Source: Candidatus Zixiibacteriota bacterium | GTDB taxonomy: Bacteria > Zixibacteria > MSB-5A5 > SM1-73 | Direction: 5' to 3' | DNA: 32,916 nucleotides | NCBI GenBank assembly: GCA_029933635.1 | Contig: JAOZNS010000003.1 | Span: forward strand, 1-32,916 | Shown here: in pieces, positions 1 to 8,358 of the stretch | Position numbering within the stretch: position 1 is the first letter of the stretch | Layout of the letters: each line of letters starts with the position of its first letter | Position numbers and translations under genes: made by a program | Notes under the pieces: model-generated | Seen by the model: the letters and a program-made list of their open reading frames with translations, nothing else | Database searches by the model: none | Told to the model about the DNA's origin: nothing

Positions 1-10
1 AAATTATCAA

Positions 11-922
11 TTGGGTTTTATCGTAACCGCCTGTTTTGTAATCAAAAATAATGTGAGATATTTTTACAGGATTAAGGCCATCTCCACTTCGGGAACATCT
101 CTATCGTTGCCCAGCAATCCAGCCTTTTCCAAGGTGCAATGGTTTGATCTTAGCAGGTTGACTTTATTTATCTTGGCGGTGATAATCGGGTTTGCCATCT
201 TTTATTTCATCAACAAAGCTAAGACCGGAAAGGAACTTTTCATCCGCAAGATCGCTGGGTTGGAGGCGGTGGATGATGCGGTTGGTCGGGCAACCGAGAT
301 GGGAAGGAAGATAATTTATATCCCCGGGATCATGGATATGGACAGCATGCAGACCATCGCTGGAGTGACCATCCTTGGAAGGGTGGCCAAGCTGGTAGCC
401 GAATACGAAGCCAAACTTGAGGTTCCTGTGTCGAGATCTCTGGTGATGGTAACCTGCAGAGAGGTGGTTAAGGAGGCATTTCTTAATGCTGGAAGACCGG
501 ATGCTTATAACGACAACATGGTGTATTACCTCACAGACGATCAGTTCGGCTATGCTGCGGCACTGGATGGACTCTTCTTAAGGGACAAACCTGCGGCTGT
601 TTTCCTTCAGGGTCAGTTTTATGCGGAGTCCCTCATCTTGGCTGAGACTGCCAACTCGGTGGGAGCCATCCAAATTGCTGGAACCGCCATGCCCACTCAG
701 CTTCCCTTTTTCGTCGCCGCCTGCGATTATACCCTAATAGGAGAGGAGCTATTTGCCGCCTCAGCCTATCTTTCTAAGGATCCCAAGCTTTTGGGAAGCC
801 TCAAAGGACAGGATGTGGGCAAGCTCATATTTCTTTTAACCATACTGGTAGGGGTTACCCTGCTTACCCTTAATTCTCTTTTAGGATGGAATCTCCCTGA
901 TTTGACCACCATACTATTCTAA
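11..922 (+). CDS. Cassette 1 gene A: DUF6754-like membrane protein, probably 5'-partial
   Basis: Frame is open to the window edge, so the TTG at 11 is probably not the true start. Fn3-like tail YFYRIKA...S..SNP precedes a TM helix. Motifs GRATEMG, AESLILAET and QLPFFVAACDYTLIGEELFAASAYL are shared with 3228-4469 and 6719-7591. Family name is from recall. Confidence 0.8.
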   Translation: MGFIVTACFVIKNNVRYFYRIKAISTSGTSLSLPSNPAFSKVQWFDLSRLTLFILAVIIGFAIFYFINKAKTGKELFIRKIAGLEAVDDAVGRATEMGRKIIYIPGIMDMDSMQTIAGVTILGRVAKLVAEYEAKLEVPVSRSLVMVTCREVVKEAFLNAGRPDAYNDNMVYYLTDDQFGYAAALDGLFLRDKPAAVFLQGQFYAESLILAETANSVGAIQIAGTAMPTQLPFFVAACDYTLIGEELFAASAYLSKDPKLLGSLKGQDVGKLIFLLTILVGVTLLTLNSLLGWNLPDLTTILF

Positions 923-938
923 GGAGTGAAGAAAGAAA

Positions 939-1589
939 ATGCGAAGAGAGGTTCCCTTAGTTTTGACCGCCATCGTGGGGCTGACTATGATAGTTGCCCA
1001 TTTCATCCCGCCCTTTAACATATTGAAGGACCTTTTCGAGGATTGGTTTTTCATAATAGCCGCATTTGCCATCTATTTGGGAGTTTTAAACCTGCTTAAG
1101 GTCAATGCGGATAAGGTTTATAAAAAGGAAAGGGATTGGCCCTTTGGGGTGGTGGTGATTTTGGGGTTTCTTCTGATAACCATAGTGGGGCTATTTTTCT
1201 CCGGAGGAGCCAAGCATTTCCTTGATCCGGGCACACCTTTCTTTTATCTGTATGATCATGTCTATTATCCACTTTCTGCCACCATGTTTGCCCTTCTGGC
1301 TTTCTTTGTCGCTTCAGCCTCTTATCGAGCTTTTCGAGCAAGGAACGTGGATGCCACCATGCTCTTGGTTGCTGCTTTTGTGTTGATGTTGGGGCGGGTC
1401 CCAGTTGGAGACTGGATCAGCGCCTGGCTTCCAGAGGGATACAGGTTAGGAGATGCGGCCGATTGGATTATGGATTTTCCTCAGACGGCGGGACAGAAGG
1501 CTATCATGATCGGCATAGCCTTAGGGGTGATCTCCTCGGCACTGAGGGTCATACTTGGACTGGAGAGGACCTATATGGGAGGGGAGTGA
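939..1589 (+). CDS. Cassette 1 gene B: polytopic membrane protein of unknown function
   Basis: About 6 hydrophobic segments. Motifs ATMFALLAFFVASASYRAFRAR and ILGLERTYMGGE are conserved in 4490-5107 and 7654-8274. AAGGAG upstream. Confidence 0.85.
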   Translation: MRREVPLVLTAIVGLTMIVAHFIPPFNILKDLFEDWFFIIAAFAIYLGVLNLLKVNADKVYKKERDWPFGVVVILGFLLITIVGLFFSGGAKHFLDPGTPFFYLYDHVYYPLSATMFALLAFFVASASYRAFRARNVDATMLLVAAFVLMLGRVPVGDWISAWLPEGYRLGDAADWIMDFPQTAGQKAIMIGIALGVISSALRVILGLERTYMGGE

Positions 1590-1595
1590 TCGAAG

Positions 1596-2462
1596 ATGAA
1601 CCAAAAGACCGACCAGAATGAAAAGAGTTTTTGGCAGACCCTTCTCAATATAGATCGAAGGATCATCTTTCTTTTCATCGCGGTTGCGGTTGCATTGCCG
1701 TTGTTCTTCAGAATTTCAATGCACATACCGGTGACTCCGGTGGCGCGAGGGGTATATGATGCCATAGAGAGCCTTCCTCCCGGCTCTAAAGTGTTAGTCT
1801 CGTTTGATTATGATCCCGGATCCATGCCGGAACTTCAGCCAATGGCTGAGGCATTCTTCCGCCATGCTTTCGGGAAGGATCTGAAGGTGATCATTATGGG
1901 ACTCTGGCCGCAGGGTCCCTTGCAGGCAAACATTGCCCTAAAGGAGGTCTTCAAGGACGAGGAGATAAGGGCGAAAAATCTTCAGTATGGCATAGATTAT
2001 GTCAATTTAGGATTCACCGCGGGCAACGAGGTGGTGATCGACCGAATGGGGCACAGCTTTGAGGAATCTTATCCTCAGGATAGCAGGGGAACGCCCCTTT
2101 CTCAAATTCCCCTGATGAGAGGCGTGAGGAGCTATGACAACATTGATCTGATATACAATCTTTCTGCCGGCTATCCGGGGACCCAGGAATGGGTGCAATA
2201 TGCGGTGGACGTTTTTCATGTGAAATTGGTTGCAGGCAATACCGCAGTTCAAGCACCCTCCATGTATCCTTATGTTCAGACGGGTCAACTGCTGGGGGTT
2301 CTGGGTGGGATGAAGGGTGGAGCTGAATACGAGGTTGCCATAGGGCGACCGGGAAAAGCAGTAAGATATATGTTCTCTCAAGCCATAGCTCATGCGGTGA
2401 TCTGTCTGTTCATCATCATAGGTAACTTGGCTTTCTTCTCGCTGAAAAAGAAGAGATCTTAG
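1596..2462 (+). CDS. Cassette 1 gene C: soluble alpha/beta domain between N- and C-terminal TM helices
   Basis: DRR-TM start, DYDPGSMPE, YGIDYVNLGF, GQLLGVLGGMKGGAEYE, final TM and basic tail KKKRS. Paralogous to 5125-5949 and 8359-9207. Confidence 0.85.
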   Translation: MNQKTDQNEKSFWQTLLNIDRRIIFLFIAVAVALPLFFRISMHIPVTPVARGVYDAIESLPPGSKVLVSFDYDPGSMPELQPMAEAFFRHAFGKDLKVIIMGLWPQGPLQANIALKEVFKDEEIRAKNLQYGIDYVNLGFTAGNEVVIDRMGHSFEESYPQDSRGTPLSQIPLMRGVRSYDNIDLIYNLSAGYPGTQEWVQYAVDVFHVKLVAGNTAVQAPSMYPYVQTGQLLGVLGGMKGGAEYEVAIGRPGKAVRYMFSQAIAHAVICLFIIIGNLAFFSLKKKRS

Positions 2463-2475
2463 CTGGAGGTTGACC

Positions 2476-3135
2476 ATGAGTGGAGAAGCTGTGGGATTGT
2501 GGATCGGTGCCCTTTTGACCCTGGGAATTTTCAGCTTTCTATATAAAGATAACCCCTTCTATAAATTCTCCGAAGCTTTGTTTGTGGGCGTATCTGCTGG
2601 CTATTGGTTCGTGGTCACTTACTTCAATTACTTTTTACCCAAATTGGTGGATAACCTGACTTTGGCTTATACCGAGCTGGTCACCCATGGGAGGGTGGAC
2701 TATCACTGGGTTTACTTGGTGGGAGGAGCGCTGGGGATCTTGATGCTTTTGAGGCTTCTGCCCAAGGTGGGGTGGTTGTCCCGATGGTCTTTGGCTTTTG
2801 TGGTGGGAACCACCGCTGGACTGCAATTCACCCGTTACCTGCAGAGCAACGGAATAATTCAGGTGAAGGGAACCATTCTTCCCTTATTTGTTGGGGGAGA
2901 TCTGCATGCCACCATCGGCAACATTGTGATCGTGGTAGGAACATTCTGTGGCTTGATCTATTTCTTCTTCTCCAAGGAACATAAAGGCGCCTTTGGCGGA
3001 GCCGCTCGGTTGGGAGTATGGTTTTTGATGATTACCTTTGGAGCCTTATTCGGATACACGGTGATGAGCCGTATGTCGCTTTTGATCGGGAGGATGTATT
3101 ATCTTTTCCATTATTGGTTAGGTTTGATCGGATAA
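2476..3135 (+). CDS. Cassette 1 gene D: polytopic membrane protein of unknown function
   Basis: Motifs IFSFLYKDNPFYK.SE...VGVSAGY and LIYFFFSKEHKG are conserved in 5960-6598 and 9238-9864. ATG 2476 preferred over TTG 2470 because GGAGG lies at 2465-2469. Confidence 0.85.
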   Translation: MSGEAVGLWIGALLTLGIFSFLYKDNPFYKFSEALFVGVSAGYWFVVTYFNYFLPKLVDNLTLAYTELVTHGRVDYHWVYLVGGALGILMLLRLLPKVGWLSRWSLAFVVGTTAGLQFTRYLQSNGIIQVKGTILPLFVGGDLHATIGNIVIVVGTFCGLIYFFFSKEHKGAFGGAARLGVWFLMITFGALFGYTVMSRMSLLIGRMYYLFHYWLGLIG

Positions 3136-3227
3136 GTTGGTTAAAGCGTTTAAGAGGAACGTAGATCGGATCGTTAAATTTTTTGGTTGCAAACACCCCA
3201 TTTTGGTCACTGGTAGAAGAGGTGATG

Positions 3228-4469
3228 ATGAAAAACAGAGTTGTTTTTTGCAATAAGTTTTTGTCAAGCTTGGTGGTGGGACTTTGGTTTCTCCTTCTGA
3301 TGGGGACCTCTTGGGCTCAACAGGCTCAGAGGATCTCAGCTGAAGATTCGTTGGCGCTGTTACCTTCCCCTCCTACTGAGGTGATGGCGAAAGATGCTCC
3401 CAATGATGGGGGACATGCTCTTTTGGTCACCTGGAAGCTTTCAGCTGACGATGGGGCAGGCAGAAACAACGTGATCTCTTATGAGATATTAAGATCGGAT
3501 AATCCGGACTCCGGTTTTGTGGTAAGGGGAATGGTGCCCGCGGGAACAAATACTTACAAGGATGAAGGGGTTAAGGAGAAGGATTCGGAGAATTATTTCC
3601 CCAGTCACAAAAATTTTTACTACAAGGTAAGGGCCAATGCAGAGAGGGGCTCATCCGAATCTGAGGTTTCCCCGCCAGCTTATGCTTATGGTCAGCTATT
3701 TCACACCGGCAAGACGGTAATCTTTGTGGCTTGTGTGCTCTTCTCGGTCTTCACCGTGATCTTTATCAGAAAAGCCAAGCGGGGAGAGGAGCTTTATGTG
3801 CGTCCCATTGCAGGAATCTCCGCTGTGGACGAAGCTATAGGCAGAGCGACCGAGATGGGAAAGCCGATCCTTTACATTCTGGGATTGGGAACGGCAGCGG
3901 AGATCGCAACAATCGCTTCCTTCACCATACTCTCTCGCATAGCCAAGATGACCGCAGAATATCGGACCCCCATTTTGGTTCCCTGCAGGGATCCCATAGT
4001 GATGATGGTGGCCCAAGAGACGGTGAAAGCCGCTTATCTGGATGCGGGAAGACCGGATATGTATAAGGAGGAAAACATCTACTACATCACCTCCATGCAG
4101 TTCGCCTATGTGGCCGCGGTGAACGGAATCATGTTGAGGGAAAGGCCGGCGACCAACTTCTATATGGGAAAATTCTATGCCGAATCTCTGATCCTGGCAG
4201 AAACCGGATCGGTGGCAGGGTCCATTCAGATCTCTGGCACAGATGAGATCGCTCAGATCCCCTTCTTCGTGGCCGCCACCGACTATACCTTGATTGGAGA
4301 GGAACTTTACGCCGCCTCCGCTTACTTGGGCAGAGAACCATTACTTTTGGGTTCGCTTAAGGCTCAGGATTGGGGAAAGGCTTTGGTGATGATCAGCCTG
4401 ATCTTGGGGGGGCTGGCGGCAACGTTTTCCCTTAATTTCTTTGTAAACCTGTTTGCGATAAAACTTTAA
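3228..4469 (+). CDS. Cassette 2 gene A: signal peptide + fibronectin type III-like domain + DUF6754-like domain
   Basis: GAGGTG at 3219-3224 supports ATG 3225/3228. Signal-like N-terminus ends SWA-QQ. Fn3 pattern PSPPT.V...LVTW...YEILRS...YKD...YYKVRA, then TM and the conserved gene A motifs. Confidence 0.85.
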   Translation: MKNRVVFCNKFLSSLVVGLWFLLLMGTSWAQQAQRISAEDSLALLPSPPTEVMAKDAPNDGGHALLVTWKLSADDGAGRNNVISYEILRSDNPDSGFVVRGMVPAGTNTYKDEGVKEKDSENYFPSHKNFYYKVRANAERGSSESEVSPPAYAYGQLFHTGKTVIFVACVLFSVFTVIFIRKAKRGEELYVRPIAGISAVDEAIGRATEMGKPILYILGLGTAAEIATIASFTILSRIAKMTAEYRTPILVPCRDPIVMMVAQETVKAAYLDAGRPDMYKEENIYYITSMQFAYVAAVNGIMLRERPATNFYMGKFYAESLILAETGSVAGSIQISGTDEIAQIPFFVAATDYTLIGEELYAASAYLGREPLLLGSLKAQDWGKALVMISLILGGLAATFSLNFFVNLFAIKL

Positions 4470-4489
4470 TCATCCAAGGGGTTTTAAGC

Positions 4490-5107
4490 ATGCGTGGACA
4501 GCTTCCCGTCGTAATCGTCTTCATCTCGGGCGTGTTCATGGCCGTTCAATACTTCATTCCCCACGATGCGGGAGTATTCTTTTATGAGTATGGATTGGAT
4601 TGGATCATTGTCATCGGAGTCTTTGCCATGCTTTTGGGCATCTGGAGCCTGTTTCGAGTTCAACTGGATAAGGTGACCAAGAAAGCTCCCGGGTGGGGAT
4701 ATAGCGTGGTGGCTTTGGGCGGGCTTTTTTTCATGCTGATCGGCGGTCCCTTATGGGGGATCGAGGAGGGAACCCCTTTTATGCAGGTCTTCTGGTATAT
4801 CTATACCCCCATTCAAGCCACCATGTTTTCCCTCTTGGCCTTCTATATCGCCTCTGCCGCCTATCGGGCTTTTCGGGCTAGAACCGTTCTGGCAACCATT
4901 CTGCTTCTGACCGCATTGGTGATCATGCTTCGTTTGATCCCCTTAGGACCCATCTCCGGTCCAAATCAGAAGTTAGCCACTTGGATCTTAATGGTTCCCA
5001 GCATGGCAGCCAATCGAGCCATCTTGATCGGGATAGGGTTGGGAATTGTAGCCACCTGTTTGAAGATCATCTTGGGGATTGAGAGAGCATATATGGGGCA
5101 CGATTAA
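4490..5107 (+). CDS. Cassette 2 gene B: polytopic membrane protein
   Basis: QATMFSLLAFYIASAAYRAFRAR; ILGIERAYMG; paralogue of 939-1589. Confidence 0.85.
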   Translation: MRGQLPVVIVFISGVFMAVQYFIPHDAGVFFYEYGLDWIIVIGVFAMLLGIWSLFRVQLDKVTKKAPGWGYSVVALGGLFFMLIGGPLWGIEEGTPFMQVFWYIYTPIQATMFSLLAFYIASAAYRAFRARTVLATILLLTALVIMLRLIPLGPISGPNQKLATWILMVPSMAANRAILIGIGLGIVATCLKIILGIERAYMGHD

Positions 5108-5124
5108 GTTGTTGGAGGCAAAAA

Positions 5125-5949
5125 ATGGATTTTTATGAAAGATTGATGAATTTGGATCGAAGGTGGGTTTATCTGGTGGTGGGTATAGCGGTAATCATCC
5201 CGGTTTTAAATCCCTTTCGGGTGCCCGTTTTCGTCACCCAAGAGGTTAAAGCTATTTACGATTTTGTGGAGAGCCTGGAGCCGGGAGATATTCTCTTTCT
5301 GGCGATTGATTATGATCCCCAAGCCATGGCAGAGGTTCATCCCATGGCAAGAGCCATCATGCGCCAATGTTTTTCCAAGGATATCAAACTCATCATTTCC
5401 GCGCTTTCGCAGAATGGACCAGGGATGGCGGAGCAATTGATAAGTGAGGTGGCAAAGGAGTATAATAAGAAGAGCGGAATAGATTATTGCTATCTGGGGT
5501 ATAAGCCTTATTTCGGCTTGGTCATTCTGGCGATGGGGCAGAATTTTAGAATTCCCTTTCCAGAGGACTACTATGGGGTTCCATTGGATTCCCTCCCCAT
5601 GATGCGGGGCGTCAGAAATTATGATGATGTTAAAGGGGTAATTGATATCTCCTCCGGCAACATAACCGATGCTTGGATCATATATGGCAATGGACGGTAC
5701 AACGTTAAATTAGCCATCGGGGTTACCGGAGTGATGACCGCCAATTATTATCCATTTTTAGCCTCCGGACAGATATTCGGTTTGATGGGAGGGCTTAAGG
5801 GGGCCTCGGAGTATGAGGCTCTCTCCAAAAAGGGAGATAGAGCCATCAAGATGATGAGCATCCAGACCACAGCTCACATCGTCATCATCCTGTTCATCGT
5901 GGCGGGCAACATCGGCTACTTCATGTCCCGAAGAAGGAAGGGAAAGTAA
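5125..5949 (+). CDS. Cassette 2 gene C: two-TM anchored soluble-domain protein
   Basis: LDRR-TM, DYDPQAMAE, SGQIFGLMGGLKGASEYE, basic tail RRRKGK. GGAGG RBS. Confidence 0.85.
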   Translation: MDFYERLMNLDRRWVYLVVGIAVIIPVLNPFRVPVFVTQEVKAIYDFVESLEPGDILFLAIDYDPQAMAEVHPMARAIMRQCFSKDIKLIISALSQNGPGMAEQLISEVAKEYNKKSGIDYCYLGYKPYFGLVILAMGQNFRIPFPEDYYGVPLDSLPMMRGVRNYDDVKGVIDISSGNITDAWIIYGNGRYNVKLAIGVTGVMTANYYPFLASGQIFGLMGGLKGASEYEALSKKGDRAIKMMSIQTTAHIVIILFIVAGNIGYFMSRRRKGK

Positions 5950-5959
5950 GGAGGAGAGA

Positions 5960-6598
5960 ATGGATCTGGGGACAATAATCTGGAACACCGTGGCACTTTT
6001 CTTGACCTTGTGTATATTTTCCTTCCTCTATAAGGATAATCCCTTTTATAAATTCGCAGAACATCTGGTGGTGGGAGTATCAGCCGGTTACTTCGCCATC
6101 ATCCTTTTCTATAACGGCTTCATTCCCAAGGTCTGGATACCTGTGGTCAAAAAGGGAGAGTGGTGGTATCTTTTACCGGCCATCCTTGGCTTTATGACCT
6201 GGACTCGTTTTTCGAAAAAATGGTCCTTTATCTCCCGGTTCTCCATCGCCTTTTATATGGGGATTGCGGTGGGCGTGGCTATGCCCTTGGAGATGCAACA
6301 GCGAGTGATTAAGCAACTTCACGCCAGCATGTTGCCCGTATATTTCACCAACGTGCAAGGTTTCTGGAACCTTCTTATTATTCTGGGGGTACTTTGTGGG
6401 TTGATTTATTTCTTTTTCTCCATGGAACACAAAGGAGTTGTGGGAGGAGCGGCCAGGCTTGGGATCTGGATTCTGATGATTGGATTCGGTGCAGGATTTG
6501 GATTGACCGTGATGGGAAGAATTTCCCTTCTGGCAGATAGAATAGAGTTCATGCGCGAATGGTATCTTATGCTAACCCAATTCATCTCCGGGGGGTGA
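5960..6598 (+). CDS. Cassette 2 gene D: polytopic membrane protein
   Basis: IFSFLYKDNPFYKFAE, LIYFFFSMEHKG. AGGAGG RBS. Confidence 0.85.
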   Translation: MDLGTIIWNTVALFLTLCIFSFLYKDNPFYKFAEHLVVGVSAGYFAIILFYNGFIPKVWIPVVKKGEWWYLLPAILGFMTWTRFSKKWSFISRFSIAFYMGIAVGVAMPLEMQQRVIKQLHASMLPVYFTNVQGFWNLLIILGVLCGLIYFFFSMEHKGVVGGAARLGIWILMIGFGAGFGLTVMGRISLLADRIEFMREWYLMLTQFISGG

Positions 6599-6679
6599 GG
6601 CCTCATTTATTGTTAGTTTAATTTTATCAGAATAAACTCTAATTTCTTTTGCCCTAAATATTCTTCACACGATTATGGA

Positions 6680-6701
6680 GCCTGATGAATCAGGCAACTG
6701 C
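6680..6701. repeat. REP-like palindrome between cassettes 2 and 3
   Basis: GCCTGAT-GA-ATCAGGC (6680-6695) followed by AACTGC. Reverse complement GCAGTTGCCTGATTCATCAGGC resembles GTAG-class REP elements. Confidence 0.45.
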
Positions 6702-6718
6702 AATTTCCTTCTCTTTGT

Positions 6719-7591
6719 ATGAAGATTCTTACCCGTTTGAAACCATTTCTTTTCTTTTTCCTTCTGACGCTTTTGATGGATCCATCACTATCAGTTGCTG
6801 GGGAGGATTTGTCTAAGAGTTGGTTTAACCCTCACCGGGTAAACATGCTTTTGTTTTTGATCTTCTTTTTTGCGGTGATAATCTTTTTTATCGATCGAGC
6901 CAAAAAGGGCAAAAGTCTTTTCATCCGGAGGATTGCCGGATTGGATGCCATAGAGGAGGCGGTGGGAAGAGCCACAGAGATGGGCAAGCCGGTGCTTTAT
7001 ATCTCCGGAATAGAGGATGTGGACAATATTCAAACTGTAGCCTCCATGATAATTTTGGGCAACGTTGCCAAGATGGTGGCAAGCTATGATACCCCTTTGC
7101 TTGTTCCCATATGCCGACCTTTTGTGGTTCCGGTGGCGGAGGAGAGGGTGAAGGAGGGGTATGCCGCTGCTGGCAGACCGGAGGCATATAACCGAGACAA
7201 CGTTCGTTATATCTCCGATGAACAGTTCGCCTATGCGGCTGGAGTTCAGGGGATGATGCTTCGCGATCGCCCAGCGGCTAACCTGATGTTTGGTTCCTTT
7301 TTTGCTGAATCCCTGATGTTGGCTGAAACCGGTTTTCTGGCTGGCGCCATTCAGGTGGCAGGCACAGCCAACATTCATCAACTCCCCTTCTTTGTGGTGG
7401 CATGCGATTATACCATAATTGGGGAGGAACTTTTCGCTACCAGTGCCTACCTTTCCAAGGAGCCCAAGCTCTTGGGAAGCCTGAAAGGATCGGATTTAGC
7501 CAAAGCCATAATCATGGTGATTTTAGCCTTAGGCGCTATCCTGGAGACAGCCGGGATAACTCATTTCACACGCTGGTTTTTTATCGAATAA
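6719..7591 (+). CDS. Cassette 3 gene A: DUF6754-like membrane protein without Fn3 domain
   Basis: Signal-like N-terminus, TM, GRATEMGKP, AESLMLAETG, QLPFFVVACDYTIIGEELFATSAYL. In-frame TGA at 6686 rules out an upstream extension. Confidence 0.85.
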   Translation: MKILTRLKPFLFFFLLTLLMDPSLSVAGEDLSKSWFNPHRVNMLLFLIFFFAVIIFFIDRAKKGKSLFIRRIAGLDAIEEAVGRATEMGKPVLYISGIEDVDNIQTVASMIILGNVAKMVASYDTPLLVPICRPFVVPVAEERVKEGYAAAGRPEAYNRDNVRYISDEQFAYAAGVQGMMLRDRPAANLMFGSFFAESLMLAETGFLAGAIQVAGTANIHQLPFFVVACDYTIIGEELFATSAYLSKEPKLLGSLKGSDLAKAIIMVILALGAILETAGITHFTRWFFIE

Positions 7592-7653
7592 AATTTTTTA
7601 ACACAGGGTAAGTCTTACGGAAAGATAAGTCAATTTATTACAAAGGGGTTTGG

Positions 7654-8274
7654 ATGAGACGTGAGATCCCCATGGCGATCTGCTTTCTGGCTGGCTTGTC
7701 ATTCATCCTGGAATATTTCATTCCCCATCATAAGGTCCTTTCAATCTTTGAGACCTTCCGTCAGTGGGCCATAATCGTCATTGCTTTCGCCTATGTGTTA
7801 GGGATAGCCAATATAGTAAGAATCAACTATCATGTGATCCAGAAAAAGGGAAGGGACTGGCCCTATAAGATAATCCTGGTGATCTGCCTTTTCTCCATGA
7901 TCACTGTGGGGGTTTTTGGTGGCACAGGAGAGGGAACCGTTTTCGATTGGGTCTACTATCACGCTCAGTATCCTTTACAGGCAACCATGTTTTCGCTTCT
8001 GGCATTCTTCATCGCCTCGGCGGCATTTCGGGCCTTTAGGGTCCGGACCTTTCATGCATCCCTTCTGGCGGCAACCGCCATTTTGGTGATGATCGGAAGG
8101 GTGCCGGTGGGAGAGAGCATATGGAGGCATTTCCCCGACCTGACCGAGTGGATAATGAACGTCCCTCAACTGGCCGGGAAAAGAGCCATCATGATCGGCG
8201 CGGCTCTGGGTGCCATTTCAACTGCGCTTAAGGTTCTAACCGGTTTGGAAAGAACCTATCTGGGGGGAGAATAG
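7654..8274 (+). CDS. Cassette 3 gene B: polytopic membrane protein
   Basis: MRREIP start, QATMFSLLAFFIASAAFRAFRVR, GLERTYLGGE. Confidence 0.85.
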   Translation: MRREIPMAICFLAGLSFILEYFIPHHKVLSIFETFRQWAIIVIAFAYVLGIANIVRINYHVIQKKGRDWPYKIILVICLFSMITVGVFGGTGEGTVFDWVYYHAQYPLQATMFSLLAFFIASAAFRAFRVRTFHASLLAATAILVMIGRVPVGESIWRHFPDLTEWIMNVPQLAGKRAIMIGAALGAISTALKVLTGLERTYLGGE

Positions 8275-8358
8275 GAAACTCTTGTGGGAATTTAAAGATG
8301 ATTTATCTTTTAACTTTGGCATAGGTGAGGAAGGGCCAGAATCCTTCGAGGAAAAGAA

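Noticed and set aside
3690-3716. GQLFHTGKT in A2 resembling a Walker A motif
   Set aside because: Spacing is G-x5-GKT, it abuts a TM helix on the exported side, and it is absent from A1 and A3.
6667-6677. ACACGATTATG repeated at 9921-9931, both downstream of D genes
   Set aside because: Only 11 nt and absent after D1; matches this short are expected by chance in 33 kb.
6791-7381. Long antisense ORFs (this 196-aa one, 2007-2477, 21926-22396, 23562-24056, 25061-25576 and similar)
   Set aside because: Shadows of well-supported genes on the opposite strand, with no motifs and no conservation between cassette copies.
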